Below are positions 1-9,268 of a stretch of 64,000 nt of DNA, piece after piece. Origin of the DNA: Truepera sp. (GTDB taxonomy: Bacteria > Deinococcota > Deinococci > Deinococcales > Trueperaceae). The DNA lies in the NCBI GenBank assembly GCA_965218435.1, contig CBDCKW010000009.1, positions 1,760,001-1,824,000 of the forward strand. The letters run 5' to 3'. Position 1 is the first letter of the stretch. The number at the start of each line of letters is the position of its first letter. The position numbers and the translations under genes were made by a program. Below the pieces are notes generated by a model, which was not told the DNA's origin, made no database searches, and saw only the letters and a list, made by a program, of their open reading frames with translations.

Positions 1-713
1 ACACGCTAAATAGATGAAGGATGTGCGCATAATCATTCGCAAAGTCGGGATAAATTCACACTATGATTCATTTTTATAACGACTCGTCACGTTTTCCCCC
101 TAATATCGTTCTAAACCTGGATTTACCTTAATAGGTCTTCATTTGTTTTGTTCTATCGTGGGTGATGGTTTTCGCTTCGTAAGCGAACAGAGCTGAAAAG
201 GTTGATATACCTTACTTTGATATGCACACCCCTCAAATAGATAGTCGTCATCTCAGCCCACGCTCATACGTTTAGAACGTGTTACGAAGCTTGAAGATTC
301 CCCAAGCCGTTTGGTCAACGCTTAGGAAATCCGTTCCAATCCGGCTTTTTACATTTTCGGCAGCATCTTTTTGGGCATGTTTGGAGCTTAAAGGCAGGCT
401 CGAGTCCGAAATGCCGAAACAGCTGAACAGTTTAGCTGCTGTGCAAGACGCAAGTTCAATAGCCATAACAGCAGTTACAATTGTCACATTTGTAACGGGC
501 TCTAGCCGTGGCAAGCATCAAGACGCCTCCTTTATAGCAAACGTTATGGGTCAGATCAGGCGGTGAGTGCTAACAGGCTCGGCAGTTCGCTTCCGTCTAT
601 CCCTTATGCTGGGACAGTATCTCTACCGGCGTTGGCCCTGAGCCCGGACATTTGTCATACCGCATGTGTGCTATAACGATAAGCGGGAAAGACACGTGAG
701 TTGGAGGAACCGT

Positions 714-1103
714 ATGACCACACAACTAAACATAACCCATATGACCGTGACCGAAGCTGCCGCCCGCAAAGCCGGTGAGCTCTTGGGTAACGCGCAAAAA
801 GAAACCGCCGCCATCCGGGTTTACGTCAAATCGGGGGGCTGCAGCGGCTACTCGTACGGGATGGCCATTGACGACCGTGAACTCGAGGGCGACAGCATCT
901 TTGTGGACCGGGGCGTCCGTATCGTCGTGGATAAGATGAGCCTGCCCCTACTTCAGGGTTCACAGATCGATTACGTCGAGAACATGATGGGCGGCGGCTT
1001 TAGCGTCAATAATCCGAACGCGACGAGCGCGTGCGGGTGCGGCAGTTCGTTTCGTACCGACGGCAAAACCGCGCCGGAAGGCGAAAGCGTCAGCTGTCAC
1101 TAA
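714..1103 (+). CDS. HesB/IscA-family Fe-S cluster assembly accessory protein
   Basis: GGCSG and CGCGSSF motifs; start moved to ATG 714 behind GGAGG; extended -10 TGcTATAAC at 669-677. Confidence 0.95.
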   Translation: MTTQLNITHMTVTEAAARKAGELLGNAQKETAAIRVYVKSGGCSGYSYGMAIDDRELEGDSIFVDRGVRIVVDKMSLPLLQGSQIDYVENMMGGGFSVNNPNATSACGCGSSFRTDGKTAPEGESVSCH

Positions 1104-1110
1104 GATTTGT

Positions 1111-1153
1111 CCAAAAAAGAAGCGGCCCGCTAGCAGGCCGCTTCTTTTTTTGG
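1111..1153. terminator. Bidirectional intrinsic terminator
   Basis: aaaaaagaagcggcc-loop-ggccgcttcttttttt between convergent iscA and gcvPB. Confidence 0.9.
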
Positions 1154-1160
1154 TTGAGGT

Positions 1161-2642
1161 TTACGGCGAGGTGTAACGCAAGACCGGTTTACGCGCCGCT
1201 TTGACCTCATCCAAACGGCGTACCGGCGTGGTGTAAGGCGCGTTTTTCAAAAAGTCCGGGTCGGCTTCGGCCCGTTTTAATATGTCCGCCATGACTGCAA
1301 CAAAGGCGTCCATCGTCTCCAAGCTCTCCGTCTCAGTCGGCTCGACCATCATCGCTTCTTTGACGACCAGCGGAAAATACATCGTCATCGGGTGCATCCC
1401 GTAGTCTAAGAGTGCCTTAGCGATGTCCAAAGTCTTCATCCCTCTGGGCGGCTGCGCCACAAATTCGTGCATGTTGATGCGGTCAAACGCGGTCTTGAAG
1501 CCGACTTCTTGCAGCTTGACACGCAGATAGTTTGCGTTCAAAACGGCCCGCTCCGAAATCTGCGCCAGCCCGTCGCGGCCCAGTGCCCGAATATAGGTAT
1601 ACGCCCGCACCAAGTTGCCGAAGTTCCCATGAAACGAACGCATCCGCCCGATCGAGTACGGTTGGTCGTAGTCGAAGGCGAAGTGGTCACCCTCTTTTTT
1701 GATGATCGGTGAGGGTAGGAAATCCCGTAGATGCGCTTTGACCCCAATCGGGCCGGTGCCGGGGCCACCGCCGCCGTGGGGCGTGGTAAACGTCTTATGC
1801 AGATTGAGGTGTACCACATCGAAACCCATATCGCCGGGGCGAGCGCGGCCCACGATGGCGTTCGCGTTCGCGCCGTCGTAGTAGAGCTGTGCGCCGACCT
1901 CGTGCGCGAGGTGGGCGATTTCTAAAATGTTTGTCTCGAACAGCCCCAACGTGTTCGGGTTCGTGAGCATGATCGCCGCAACGTCCGGGCCGAGCACGGC
2001 TTTAAGGGCGTCCAAGTCAACCTCGCCGTTAGGGGCTGTCGCCACCTCTTTGACGTCGTACCCGACCATCGTTGCGGTGGCCGGGTTGGTGCCGTGCGCC
2101 GCGTCCGGGACGATGACGATGCGGCGCTGCTCGCCCTCGCCGTTGTGCTCGTGGTAGGCCCGGATCATCAAAATCCCGGCGAGTTCGCCGTGGGCACCCG
2201 CCGCTGGTTGCAAGGTGATGGCGTCCATCCCGGTGATCTCGGCGAGGTCGTATTGCAGATTATAAAGCAGTTCTAACGCGCCCTGCACGGCGTCCGGGTC
2301 GGCGTTCGGGTGCACGTCAGCGAAGAGTTTGGCGGTCTCTTCGTTGACTTTAGGGTTGTATTTCATGGTGCACGAGCCGAGCGGGTAGAAGTTGCCGTCA
2401 ATAGAGAACTGCCGGTGCGCGAGCTGGGTATAGTGGCGGACGAGTTCCAACTCCGACACTTCGGGCAGTTTAGGCGGCGCGGCGCGGAGGTGTTCAGCGC
2501 CCAGAAGACTTTCTAAGCTCTCCCCCACCGGTTTGGGCGGATACGCCGCGCGGCGGCCCGGTTGTGAGCGTTCAAAGATCAGCGGGAAGTCACCGGCTGT
2601 GTTTTCCCGAGCTAAAATTGGGCGTTCTTCAAGTTTAGTCAT
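1161..2642 (-). CDS. gcvPB: Glycine dehydrogenase (decarboxylating) subunit 2
   Basis: [19 protein letters not shown] and [18 protein letters not shown] (PLP lysine) motifs. Confidence 0.97.
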   Translation of the reverse strand: MTKLEERPILARENTAGDFPLIFERSQPGRRAAYPPKPVGESLESLLGAEHLRAAPPKLPEVSELELVRHYTQLAHRQFSIDGNFYPLGSCTMKYNPKVNEETAKLFADVHPNADPDAVQGALELLYNLQYDLAEITGMDAITLQPAAGAHGELAGILMIRAYHEHNGEGEQRRIVIVPDAAHGTNPATATMVGYDVKEVATAPNGEVDLDALKAVLGPDVAAIMLTNPNTLGLFETNILEIAHLAHEVGAQLYYDGANANAIVGRARPGDMGFDVVHLNLHKTFTTPHGGGGPGTGPIGVKAHLRDFLPSPIIKKEGDHFAFDYDQPYSIGRMRSFHGNFGNLVRAYTYIRALGRDGLAQISERAVLNANYLRVKLQEVGFKTAFDRINMHEFVAQPPRGMKTLDIAKALLDYGMHPMTMYFPLVVKEAMMVEPTETESLETMDAFVAVMADILKRAEADPDFLKNAPYTTPVRRLDEVKAARKPVLRYTSP

Positions 2643-3975
2643 GGGCGACCTCGAGCCTACGCTCTAAAACTTCTGCCAAAGCGTCCGTCAGGAGCGTCAT
2701 ATCTTCTGCTGTCGTGAGTTCAGTTGCGGAGAAAAGTGCCGCGTCCCCAAGGCCGTAAGTTTTGGGAACGGGCACAGCGGCAGCGACGCCCGCTTCGGCG
2801 AGCGCGTGACGCAACTCGTCCGCAGGGAGCGGTAAACGGGCGGCAAACTCGTTAAAAAAGGGTTTTGCGGTGAGGGGCTCGAGGCCAATCTCTCTAAGTT
2901 TACCCGCTAAGGTGTGCGCGTTCTGCACACTTTTAGTTGCGACGTCGGTTAAACCTTGCGGCCCGAGCGCGGCGAGGTTTACGGCGGCCATCAGCGCGGT
3001 GAGCTGGTGGTTCGAGCAGATATTCGACTTGGCTTTCGAGCGGCGGATGTGCTGCTCTCTGGCCTGCAGCGTCAGGACAAACGCCCGTTTGCCGTCCCGG
3101 TCCGTTGTCTCGCCGACGATACGCCCCGGCAACTGCCGTAAAAGCGGCTCAGCCACGACCATAAACCCGAAGTGCGGCCCGCCAAAACTGACCGGATTAC
3201 CGACCGTCTGCCCGTCCCCGACGGCGATATCCGCGCCGTAATCACCGGGCGCGGTGAGAACACCGAGCGTTAGGGGGTCACAGACGGCGACGAAAAGAGC
3301 ACCGGCTGCGTGCGCGGCGTCAGCAAGCTTCGGCATCGCTTCTAAGTAGCCTAAAGAGTTGGGATTTTGGACGATGAGACAAGCCGCGTCCGCCACGTCG
3401 CCCGGTTCAGGCGTGCTCAGCTCAGTGAGGGCGATTTCGACAATCTCAATGTCTAGAGGATGCGCGTAGGTCGCTAACACCTCCCGCGACTCAGGATGCA
3501 CTCCTTGACTTACCACAACCTTGCGCCGCCCGGTCTGCCGCACGGCAAGAAGTGCCGCCTCTGCGACCGCTGACGCCCCGTCGTACATCGAGGCGTTGGA
3601 GACCGGCAGCCCGGTCAGCTCACTCATCATCGTCTGGTACTCGAAGGTCGCCTGCAACATCCCCTGTGAGACCTCAGGTTGATACGGCGTGTAGGCCGTG
3701 ACGAACTCACTCTGCAGCGCCAGGTGCAGCGTCACCGAGGGGATAAAGTGCTCTTGCAGACCGCCGCCTAAAAAGTTGGCTTGTGGGGTTTTGTTTTTTG
3801 CGGCGAGTGAGCGCAAATGCCGGAGCAAACTCACTTCATCTAAACCTTCGGGAATGTCTAACTCAGGGATTTTGAGCGACTTGGGCAGGTCGGCGAACAG
3901 CTCATCAATGCTTTCGACGCCGATAGTCTCGAGCGCCCGTTCGATATCTTCCGGTGTATGCGGCAAGTAGTTCAC
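2635..3975 (-). CDS. gcvPA: Glycine dehydrogenase (decarboxylating) subunit 1
   Basis: [23 protein letters not shown] and [10 protein letters not shown] motifs. Confidence 0.97.
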   Translation of the reverse strand: MNYLPHTPEDIERALETIGVESIDELFADLPKSLKIPELDIPEGLDEVSLLRHLRSLAAKNKTPQANFLGGGLQEHFIPSVTLHLALQSEFVTAYTPYQPEVSQGMLQATFEYQTMMSELTGLPVSNASMYDGASAVAEAALLAVRQTGRRKVVVSQGVHPESREVLATYAHPLDIEIVEIALTELSTPEPGDVADAACLIVQNPNSLGYLEAMPKLADAAHAAGALFVAVCDPLTLGVLTAPGDYGADIAVGDGQTVGNPVSFGGPHFGFMVVAEPLLRQLPGRIVGETTDRDGKRAFVLTLQAREQHIRRSKAKSNICSNHQLTALMAAVNLAALGPQGLTDVATKSVQNAHTLAGKLREIGLEPLTAKPFFNEFAARLPLPADELRHALAEAGVAAAVPVPKTYGLGDAALFSATELTTAEDMTLLTDALAEVLERRLEVAHD

Positions 3976-3982
3976 AGGTCGT

Positions 3983-4366
3983 TCACCCTGCCTCGGCGAT
4001 TTCTTGATAGGCGTCAGCGTCTAAGAGCTTCTCGAGTTCTCCGGGGTCCGACACGCGCAGCTTAAACATCCAACCGCCCTCAAAAGGTGCTGAATTGATG
4101 GTTTCGGGAGCGTCCTCTAAGGCGCTGTTGACCTCGACGACTTCACCCGAAACCGGCGCGTAGATGTCCGAGGCGGTTTTGACCGACTCGACCACAGCAA
4201 CGGCAGTTCCTGCCGTGACCGTTTGGCCGACACTGGGGAGTTCGACGAACACCACGTCTCCGAGCTGGTCTTGGGCAAAGTCGGTAATGCCGACGGTGAG
4301 GGTGTCGCCCTCGAGCCGTGACCACTCGTGCGACGCACTATATTTGAGGGCTTCAGGTAGCTGCAT
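3983..4366 (-). CDS. gcvH: Glycine cleavage system H protein
   Basis: [20 protein letters not shown] (lipoyl Lys); RBS GAGGAG. Confidence 0.97.
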   Translation of the reverse strand: MQLPEALKYSASHEWSRLEGDTLTVGITDFAQDQLGDVVFVELPSVGQTVTAGTAVAVVESVKTASDIYAPVSGEVVEVNSALEDAPETINSAPFEGGWMFKLRVSDPGELEKLLDADAYQEIAEAG

Positions 4367-4633
4367 ATAGGACTCCTCAGGTCATTCTAAAGGCAAGAAA
4401 AAGGTTTTTAGGGCACGTATGACGTACACCGTGACGGGTGCCTTGCAAAACGTACCGGCATACGCCCATAACTCCCTCAGCCTACCGGAAAGTCGTCGGG
4501 CTATGCGTTTCTCACCTTGCGTTCTCTCGGCTGTGTTGACCCTAAGCCTCACCGGTTAAGTCTTGCTGTGTGCTGATTTCGCCCGGCTCACCGTAGACCT
4601 GTTTACCGCAAACGCCCCGGCTGACCCGCCCCA

Positions 4634-4828
4634 CTAGGTACTGCGTTCGGCCTTCAGCCGCTCGGCAGCTTCTTGACTCCGCCCGGCTTTAACCAGCTCA
4701 CTGAGTTCGGTCGCGGTACGAAAATCTATCGTTTTTTGCTCGAGCGCCGCTCCGATGGCGTCCAGCGCGTCACGCTGAGCCGCAGTAAATCTAGGGCCGC
4801 GTAACGTTTGAGTGGGGTGCTGCGCCAT
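4634..4828 (-). CDS. Small hypothetical protein
   Basis: Protein-like 64-aa ORF; TATACT 6 nt before ATG (leaderless pattern). Confidence 0.6.
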   Translation of the reverse strand: MAQHPTQTLRGPRFTAAQRDALDAIGAALEQKTIDFRTATELSELVKAGRSQEAAERLKAERST

Positions 4829-4914
4829 AAGAAAAGTATAAACGCCCCCTTACCGAGCGGACAACCTCCTTATTATGGGTTAGACGCGCCTTAGCTCGAG
4901 CAAGCACCTGCAGC

Positions 4915-5142
4915 TTAGCTGTTTGGTTGCCCCTCACCGTCTGCATTGTTGGTGATGGCGTTCCACACGACGCCGCTCTTGCCCCTGGCTTCACCTTCGG
5001 TGTCTGCTTTAACCATCCGGACAACGACCTTTTCAGAGGCGTAGCTGTCCCGGGCCGCGCAGCCCTGCTTATGATCGTCAAAACGGCTTAAGAGTTTCCA
5101 CGCAGTTGTACCGCTGGGTTTTTGAAAGATAAAGTAGGGCAT
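4915..5142 (-). CDS. Small hypothetical protein
   Basis: MPYFIFQK...; TGc-TAAGGT 5 nt before ATG 5142. Confidence 0.55.
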   Translation of the reverse strand: MPYFIFQKPSGTTAWKLLSRFDDHKQGCAARDSYASEKVVVRMVKADTEGEARGKSGVVWNAITNNADGEGQPNS

Positions 5143-5243
5143 CCCCGACCTTAGCACCTAACGGGCGCTCCTGACGCTTGGAGCAACGCTACAAAACGGC
5201 GCAGACTGCTGTTTAGAGGTCTTTCTCGAGCAAAAATGCAGCT

Positions 5244-5510
5244 ATGGACAGAGCTAATGATCTCGGACCGGCAACTCTCGGCACCTTAAACGGCACCGGT
5301 TTTATGAACCGTCATCCCACCCAAGCTAGTGGTTACGTTCAGGGCGAGGGCGTTTTTATCGTCGCTGAAACGACCCGCGAGGCGGTCGAGGCGCTGATGG
5401 GCGAAGAGCTCGACTATGTAGGGCCGACCGAAGACGGCAACACCCGGGTCGCGCAGTGCCATATCGTCTCCGCCGAGGACTTTCCTACTCTCACATTTTC
5501 AAAAAGCTAA
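5244..5510 (+). CDS. Hypothetical protein
   Basis: 88-aa ORF with host-like codon usage filling the gap. Confidence 0.55.
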   Translation: MDRANDLGPATLGTLNGTGFMNRHPTQASGYVQGEGVFIVAETTREAVEALMGEELDYVGPTEDGNTRVAQCHIVSAEDFPTLTFSKS

Positions 5511-5583
5511 CCAAGACCCACCGTGTAAATCCGCCGCCGGGCTGTTACGGCGAACTGCTCGGCGGCCACAGGCTGAGGCCATT

Positions 5584-5895
5584 CTAGTGCTGCTTTTTAG
5601 CCCAGGTAAGAAACCGCTGCACCTCGGGTTCGGCTAACAGTGCCGCCCGCGTGTTGAGCCTCTTGCCAAGCTCGTTTTCGCTGTAGCTGCGGTGCAGCTG
5701 CCGGTGACACAAGCGGCAGAGCATCAGCCCACAGCCGCTGAGCTCGGCGCGACTAAAGCGCCGCGTGTACCAACCTCGGCGGTGAACACGTTTGGGAATA
5801 AGGTGGTGAAAAGTCAGCGGCTCTTCGCGTCCGCACAGTTCGCAGTAGCGGCAGCTGGCGCGGCGCGGCCCGAAATCAGTAGTTGGCGACGTCAC
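5584..5895 (-). CDS. Small HNH-like zinc-binding protein (YisB-like)
   Basis: CELCGR...TFHHLIPK...LCRLCHRQLH; TAAACT 6 nt before GTG. Confidence 0.8.
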   Translation of the reverse strand: MTSPTTDFGPRRASCRYCELCGREEPLTFHHLIPKRVHRRGWYTRRFSRAELSGCGLMLCRLCHRQLHRSYSENELGKRLNTRAALLAEPEVQRFLTWAKKQH

Positions 5896-6048
5896 CCCAT
5901 CAGTTTACAAAAACCGAAAGCGCGAGGTATTGCTCTAGCTGTCAACCGTTTAGACCAACCGTTTGGCCTCAAGACCTTGTTAGAAAAGACTTTAGAAAAT
6001 CAGACAAAGCGGCTTGCTGAGGTTTTGGCAGTGCTTGAGCTTTGTCCC

Positions 6049-6077
6049 TTGAACGAACATTCCTCAACGATTATACT
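6049..6077 (+). promoter_or_regulatory. Sigma70-type promoter of the DUF305-nuo unit
   Basis: TTGAAC-17 bp-TATACT. Confidence 0.7.
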
Positions 6078-6086
6078 TTAGCCTAA

Positions 6087-6101
6087 CCCACCCCAGGTGG
6101 G
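6087..6101. promoter_or_regulatory. C/G-tract palindrome, putative CsoR/RcnR-type operator
   Basis: CCCACC-cca-GGTGGG just downstream of the -10. Confidence 0.4.
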
Positions 6102-6122
6102 GAGAGTAAAGGGAGACAACCT

Positions 6123-6728
6123 ATGAAGCCAGTTGCCGCAACGTATTTGCTACTCAGCACTTTTTTATTCGGTGCTTTTGGCTTAGCACAACCTGCGCCG
6201 CCAACAGGACCACCCAACCAGCACCCACAGGGCGCGATGAATATGAGCAAAGCGCCAATTGGCAGTGAGCTGGACTTCATTCAGGGGATGATCCCGCATC
6301 ATCAGGAGGCCGTAGACAGCGCCCTGGTGATCGAAAAACACAGTGAGCACGCCCAACTTCGCGCCTTTGCCGGAGCTGTCGTTGGGGTTCAGCAGCGTCA
6401 GATCAGCGAAATGCGGGGATGGCTCCGGGCTTGGTATCCGAAACAAGCAAAAGCGGCGTCACCTTACCTACCGATGATGCGCACTCTGCCGAACGCCACG
6501 CCGGACGAAGCCGACCGCGCCTTTATCGAAGACATGATGACGCATCACGAGATGGCGATAGCGATGGCTCGAGAGTTTCTAGCCGGGGACTTCAAAAAGC
6601 ATCCCAAAGCCGAGGCGCTCGCAAGAGACATTATGTCTACCCAAGCCGCCGAAGTCGGTACCTTACGCGGCTGGTTGCGACGTTGGTACGGCGTCAAAGT
6701 AGACGCCACTACAAACACACACGGCTAG
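6123..6728 (+). CDS. Secreted DUF305 protein (CopM-like ferritin fold)
   Basis: Signal peptide; two repeats FIQGMIPHHQEAV and FIEDMMTHHEMAIAMA. Confidence 0.9.
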   Translation: MKPVAATYLLLSTFLFGAFGLAQPAPPTGPPNQHPQGAMNMSKAPIGSELDFIQGMIPHHQEAVDSALVIEKHSEHAQLRAFAGAVVGVQQRQISEMRGWLRAWYPKQAKAASPYLPMMRTLPNATPDEADRAFIEDMMTHHEMAIAMAREFLAGDFKKHPKAEALARDIMSTQAAEVGTLRGWLRRWYGVKVDATTNTHG

Positions 6729-6824
6729 GCACACTAGAGATAGGTTTTGATAGGTCTTGCAAGGGGCAGGGCTCGAGCCAACTGGGGGTTTATGAACGGG
6801 CAAGTCAGACCACCGGTAAAGGTG

Positions 6825-6872
6825 TTCTTAACAGTGTTGTTCACGCTATTCTTCACACTGGTTTTCACACTA
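6825..6872 (+). repeat. 4 x 12-bp degenerate tandem repeat
   Basis: ttcttaacagtg/ttgttcacgcta/ttcttcacactg/gttttcacacta. Confidence 0.7.
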
Positions 6873-6883
6873 AGGGAAAAAGC

Positions 6884-7201
6884 ATGACCGTTAACAGCTA
6901 CGCCGTGGTAGGGCTGCTCGCCCTTATCGCCGCCGGGCTCGCGCTCCTCGGCGCAGCTTTCTGGAGACCTAAAGCCAAACTCTTAAAAGCGCCCGCAGCG
7001 TGGGCACAGTTTCGCTTCGGTTACGTCGTCTACGCGCTGATCTTTCTCTCATTCGACATGGAGATGATCTACATGTACCCGTGGGCGGTGGTGTTCGTGG
7101 AACGGGGCCTCGAGGCATTTTTAGACATGCTCGTCTTTATCGCCATTCTTTCTGCGGGCATCGCTTACGCCTGGGGGATGGGGGGGCTCGAGTGGGAGTA
7201 G
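6884..7201 (+). CDS. nuoA: NADH-quinone oxidoreductase subunit A-like (short loop)
   Basis: ALIFLSFDMEMIYMYPWA and C-terminal YAW..GGLEWE; start ATG 6884 within the longer ORF. Confidence 0.9.
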   Translation: MTVNSYAVVGLLALIAAGLALLGAAFWRPKAKLLKAPAAWAQFRFGYVVYALIFLSFDMEMIYMYPWAVVFVERGLEAFLDMLVFIAILSAGIAYAWGMGGLEWE

Positions 7202-8091
7202 TCACGGGTGCTCTTTTTGTCCTCGCAACGCTGCTCGTCGGGGGCTTGGGAACGATGGGGCTCGAGCACCTTATGCGCCGCCGCGCCGAGTTAGGTCCGG
7301 CTACGACGCCGAGTATTCGGGAAGATGTCAAACTCCTTCAGGCTGACCGCTGGCTCTATCCGGCGGGGACGGTTTCAGCTTTGCTGGGCATCTTTTTTGC
7401 GCTAGTCGTGATTCCTTTCGGCCCCGGTCTTATCGCTCAGGACATCGGTATCGGGGCGTTTTACTTTATCGTCGTGCTGGACTTTGTGGTACTCGGGGTC
7501 GCGCTCACGGGTTGGGGCACAAATATACCGGACGCCGTAGACGCCTACTACCGCATCACCGCGCAGCTCGTCGCCTACGTCGTCCCACTGGGTCTCGCTT
7601 ATGTCGGGGCCATCATGATGGCTGAGTCTCTGTCTATTGTCACCATCGTTGAGCGGCAGAACAGCTTGTGGTTTGTCTTCCTGCAACCCATCGGTTTCTT
7701 GCTCTACCTCGTAACCGGATTGATGCAGGCTTACCGTGCGCCCTTTATGGAACCGTTTTCTAAGTTCATCGGAGGTGGCGTGCTCGGCGCTGTCGGTGGC
7801 TGGCAGGCGCTCGTATGGCGTTTTGCGCTCGCCGGTCTGCTCTTTGCCATTGCCGCGATGGGGGCTGTACTTTACTTGGGCGGCCCGCAGGGGCCGTGGC
7901 TACCCGCGCCGGTTTGGATGCTCGTTAAAACGTTTGGGCTGATGGCCTTGATGCTCGGCCTGGGGCGACTCGTCAAACCTTTAAGCACCGCGCAGATGCT
8001 CCAACTCTCGTGGCGCATCCTGATTCCTATTGGTCTGGTCAATGTGTTGGTCGTCGGCGGGCTGATTCTTTTAGGCGTAGGTCCCACATGA
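7192..8091 (+). CDS. nuoH: NADH-quinone oxidoreductase subunit H-like (divergent)
   Basis: VIPFG, RxxAQLVAY, RAPF, LYLGG, LSWRILIP motifs; GTG 7192 overlaps the nuoA end. Confidence 0.85.
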   Translation: MGVVTGALFVLATLLVGGLGTMGLEHLMRRRAELGPATTPSIREDVKLLQADRWLYPAGTVSALLGIFFALVVIPFGPGLIAQDIGIGAFYFIVVLDFVVLGVALTGWGTNIPDAVDAYYRITAQLVAYVVPLGLAYVGAIMMAESLSIVTIVERQNSLWFVFLQPIGFLLYLVTGLMQAYRAPFMEPFSKFIGGGVLGAVGGWQALVWRFALAGLLFAIAAMGAVLYLGGPQGPWLPAPVWMLVKTFGLMALMLGLGRLVKPLSTAQMLQLSWRILIPIGLVNVLVVGGLILLGVGPT

Positions 8092-8960
8092 TTCTAGGCG
8101 CGACCGCACAGGTGTTCGCCTTTGCTCTCTTGTCACTGATCGCCATTTTGGGGGCGCTCGGCATGGCGACGACGATGAGCATGTTTCGGAGCGGTATCTT
8201 CCTGATGGCGTCGTTTATCGGCGTGTCGGGGCTCTTTATCCTCCTCTCCGCCGACCTTTTGGGACTGTTACAAATCATGATGTATATCGGCGGGATGCTG
8301 GTGATGGTGCTTTTTATGGTGCTCTTAATGCATGACCCCGGCGGCAGCATGATGGCGGGGATGGACATGGCCCCGGTTGAAAACTTCTTTAGCCGAGGAC
8401 TGCTCCCCAAAGACGAAGGAGAGGTTGAGGCGGCTCGAGTCGATAACTTAGGTCAAAATGCTGAAGACGAAAGTGACGAGCAGCAAGGTTATCAGCATAG
8501 AAATCATCAGCATGAAGGTCATGACATATCAGCTGACGGGCACGGTAATGGGGATAGTCAGCAAGAGCACGAACATAGCGATATGAACCACGACGACATG
8601 GACATGGGCGATATGGACATGTCTATGGTGACGCCCGTCCGTTCTTACGCGGCGTGGCTCGGGCTCGGTACGGGCGCACTGCTCGTTTTACTCCTCTTGT
8701 TGCGCCCCGCTTGGCCGGTCGCGGACGCACTCCCTGATCCTGACTCGGCGCAGCAGGTCGGCAACCTTTTGATGAGCAAATACATGATGGCGTTCGAGGG
8801 CGCGGGCTTGCTTATCTTGGTCGGTATCTTCGGCGCGGTCTACATCGCACGGCCTGACCGTCATCCGTCGGCGAAGGGACGTGAGGTGCATGTCGGGCAA
8901 GACGAAATGCCTAGTGAACTCGAGGATGACACCTTGAAACCGCTGAGGGACAACGCATGA
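8088..8960 (+). CDS. nuoJ: NADH-quinone oxidoreductase subunit J-like with His/Met-rich insert
   Basis: QIMMYIGGMLV (TM3) and GNLLMSKYMMAFE (TM5); ATGA overlap with nuoH. Confidence 0.88.
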   Translation: MILGATAQVFAFALLSLIAILGALGMATTMSMFRSGIFLMASFIGVSGLFILLSADLLGLLQIMMYIGGMLVMVLFMVLLMHDPGGSMMAGMDMAPVENFFSRGLLPKDEGEVEAARVDNLGQNAEDESDEQQGYQHRNHQHEGHDISADGHGNGDSQQEHEHSDMNHDDMDMGDMDMSMVTPVRSYAAWLGLGTGALLVLLLLLRPAWPVADALPDPDSAQQVGNLLMSKYMMAFEGAGLLILVGIFGAVYIARPDRHPSAKGREVHVGQDEMPSELEDDTLKPLRDNA

Positions 8961-9268
8961 TTCTCCCCTTGACAGCTTTTTTAAGCGTTGCTGCCATCCT
9001 CTTCGGCATCGGTGTCTACACCGTCATCGCGCAGCGTTCAGCCGTGATGATTCTGATGGGCGTCGAGGTCCTCTTAAACGCCGTCGGCCTTAACATCGTG
9101 GCCTTCTGGCGTTTTGTCGCCCCTTCAGACTACTCCGGACAGATTTTTCTGATCATCATCGTGACGTTAGGTGCGGTCGAGATGGGCATTGGGCTCGCCA
9201 TTATGATGATGCTCTACCGCAACCGGCAGACCGCACAGGTTGACGATTTTACGGAATTAAAAGGGTGA
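8957..9268 (+). CDS. nuoK: NADH-quinone oxidoreductase subunit K
   Basis: MGVEVLLNA, GQIF, GAVEMGIGLA; both conserved Glu retained. Confidence 0.93.
   Translation: MILPLTAFLSVAAILFGIGVYTVIAQRSAVMILMGVEVLLNAVGLNIVAFWRFVAPSDYSGQIFLIIIVTLGAVEMGIGLAIMMMLYRNRQTAQVDDFTELKG

Noticed and set aside
1..600. ORFs 272-514 and 279-566; possible minus-strand gene start at 30 (MRTSFIYLAC)
   Set aside because: AT-rich with no recognisable motifs; too little sequence to support a call
4367..4633. Glycine riboswitch or other ncRNA
   Set aside because: Conserved GGAGA/CCGAAG/CTCAGG elements not found on the minus strand; only weak stems
6419..6883. Long N-terminal extensions of the nuoA/nuoH/nuoJ ORFs in the track
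   Set aside because: They overlap upstream genes and are not protein-like; downstream starts fit family lengths
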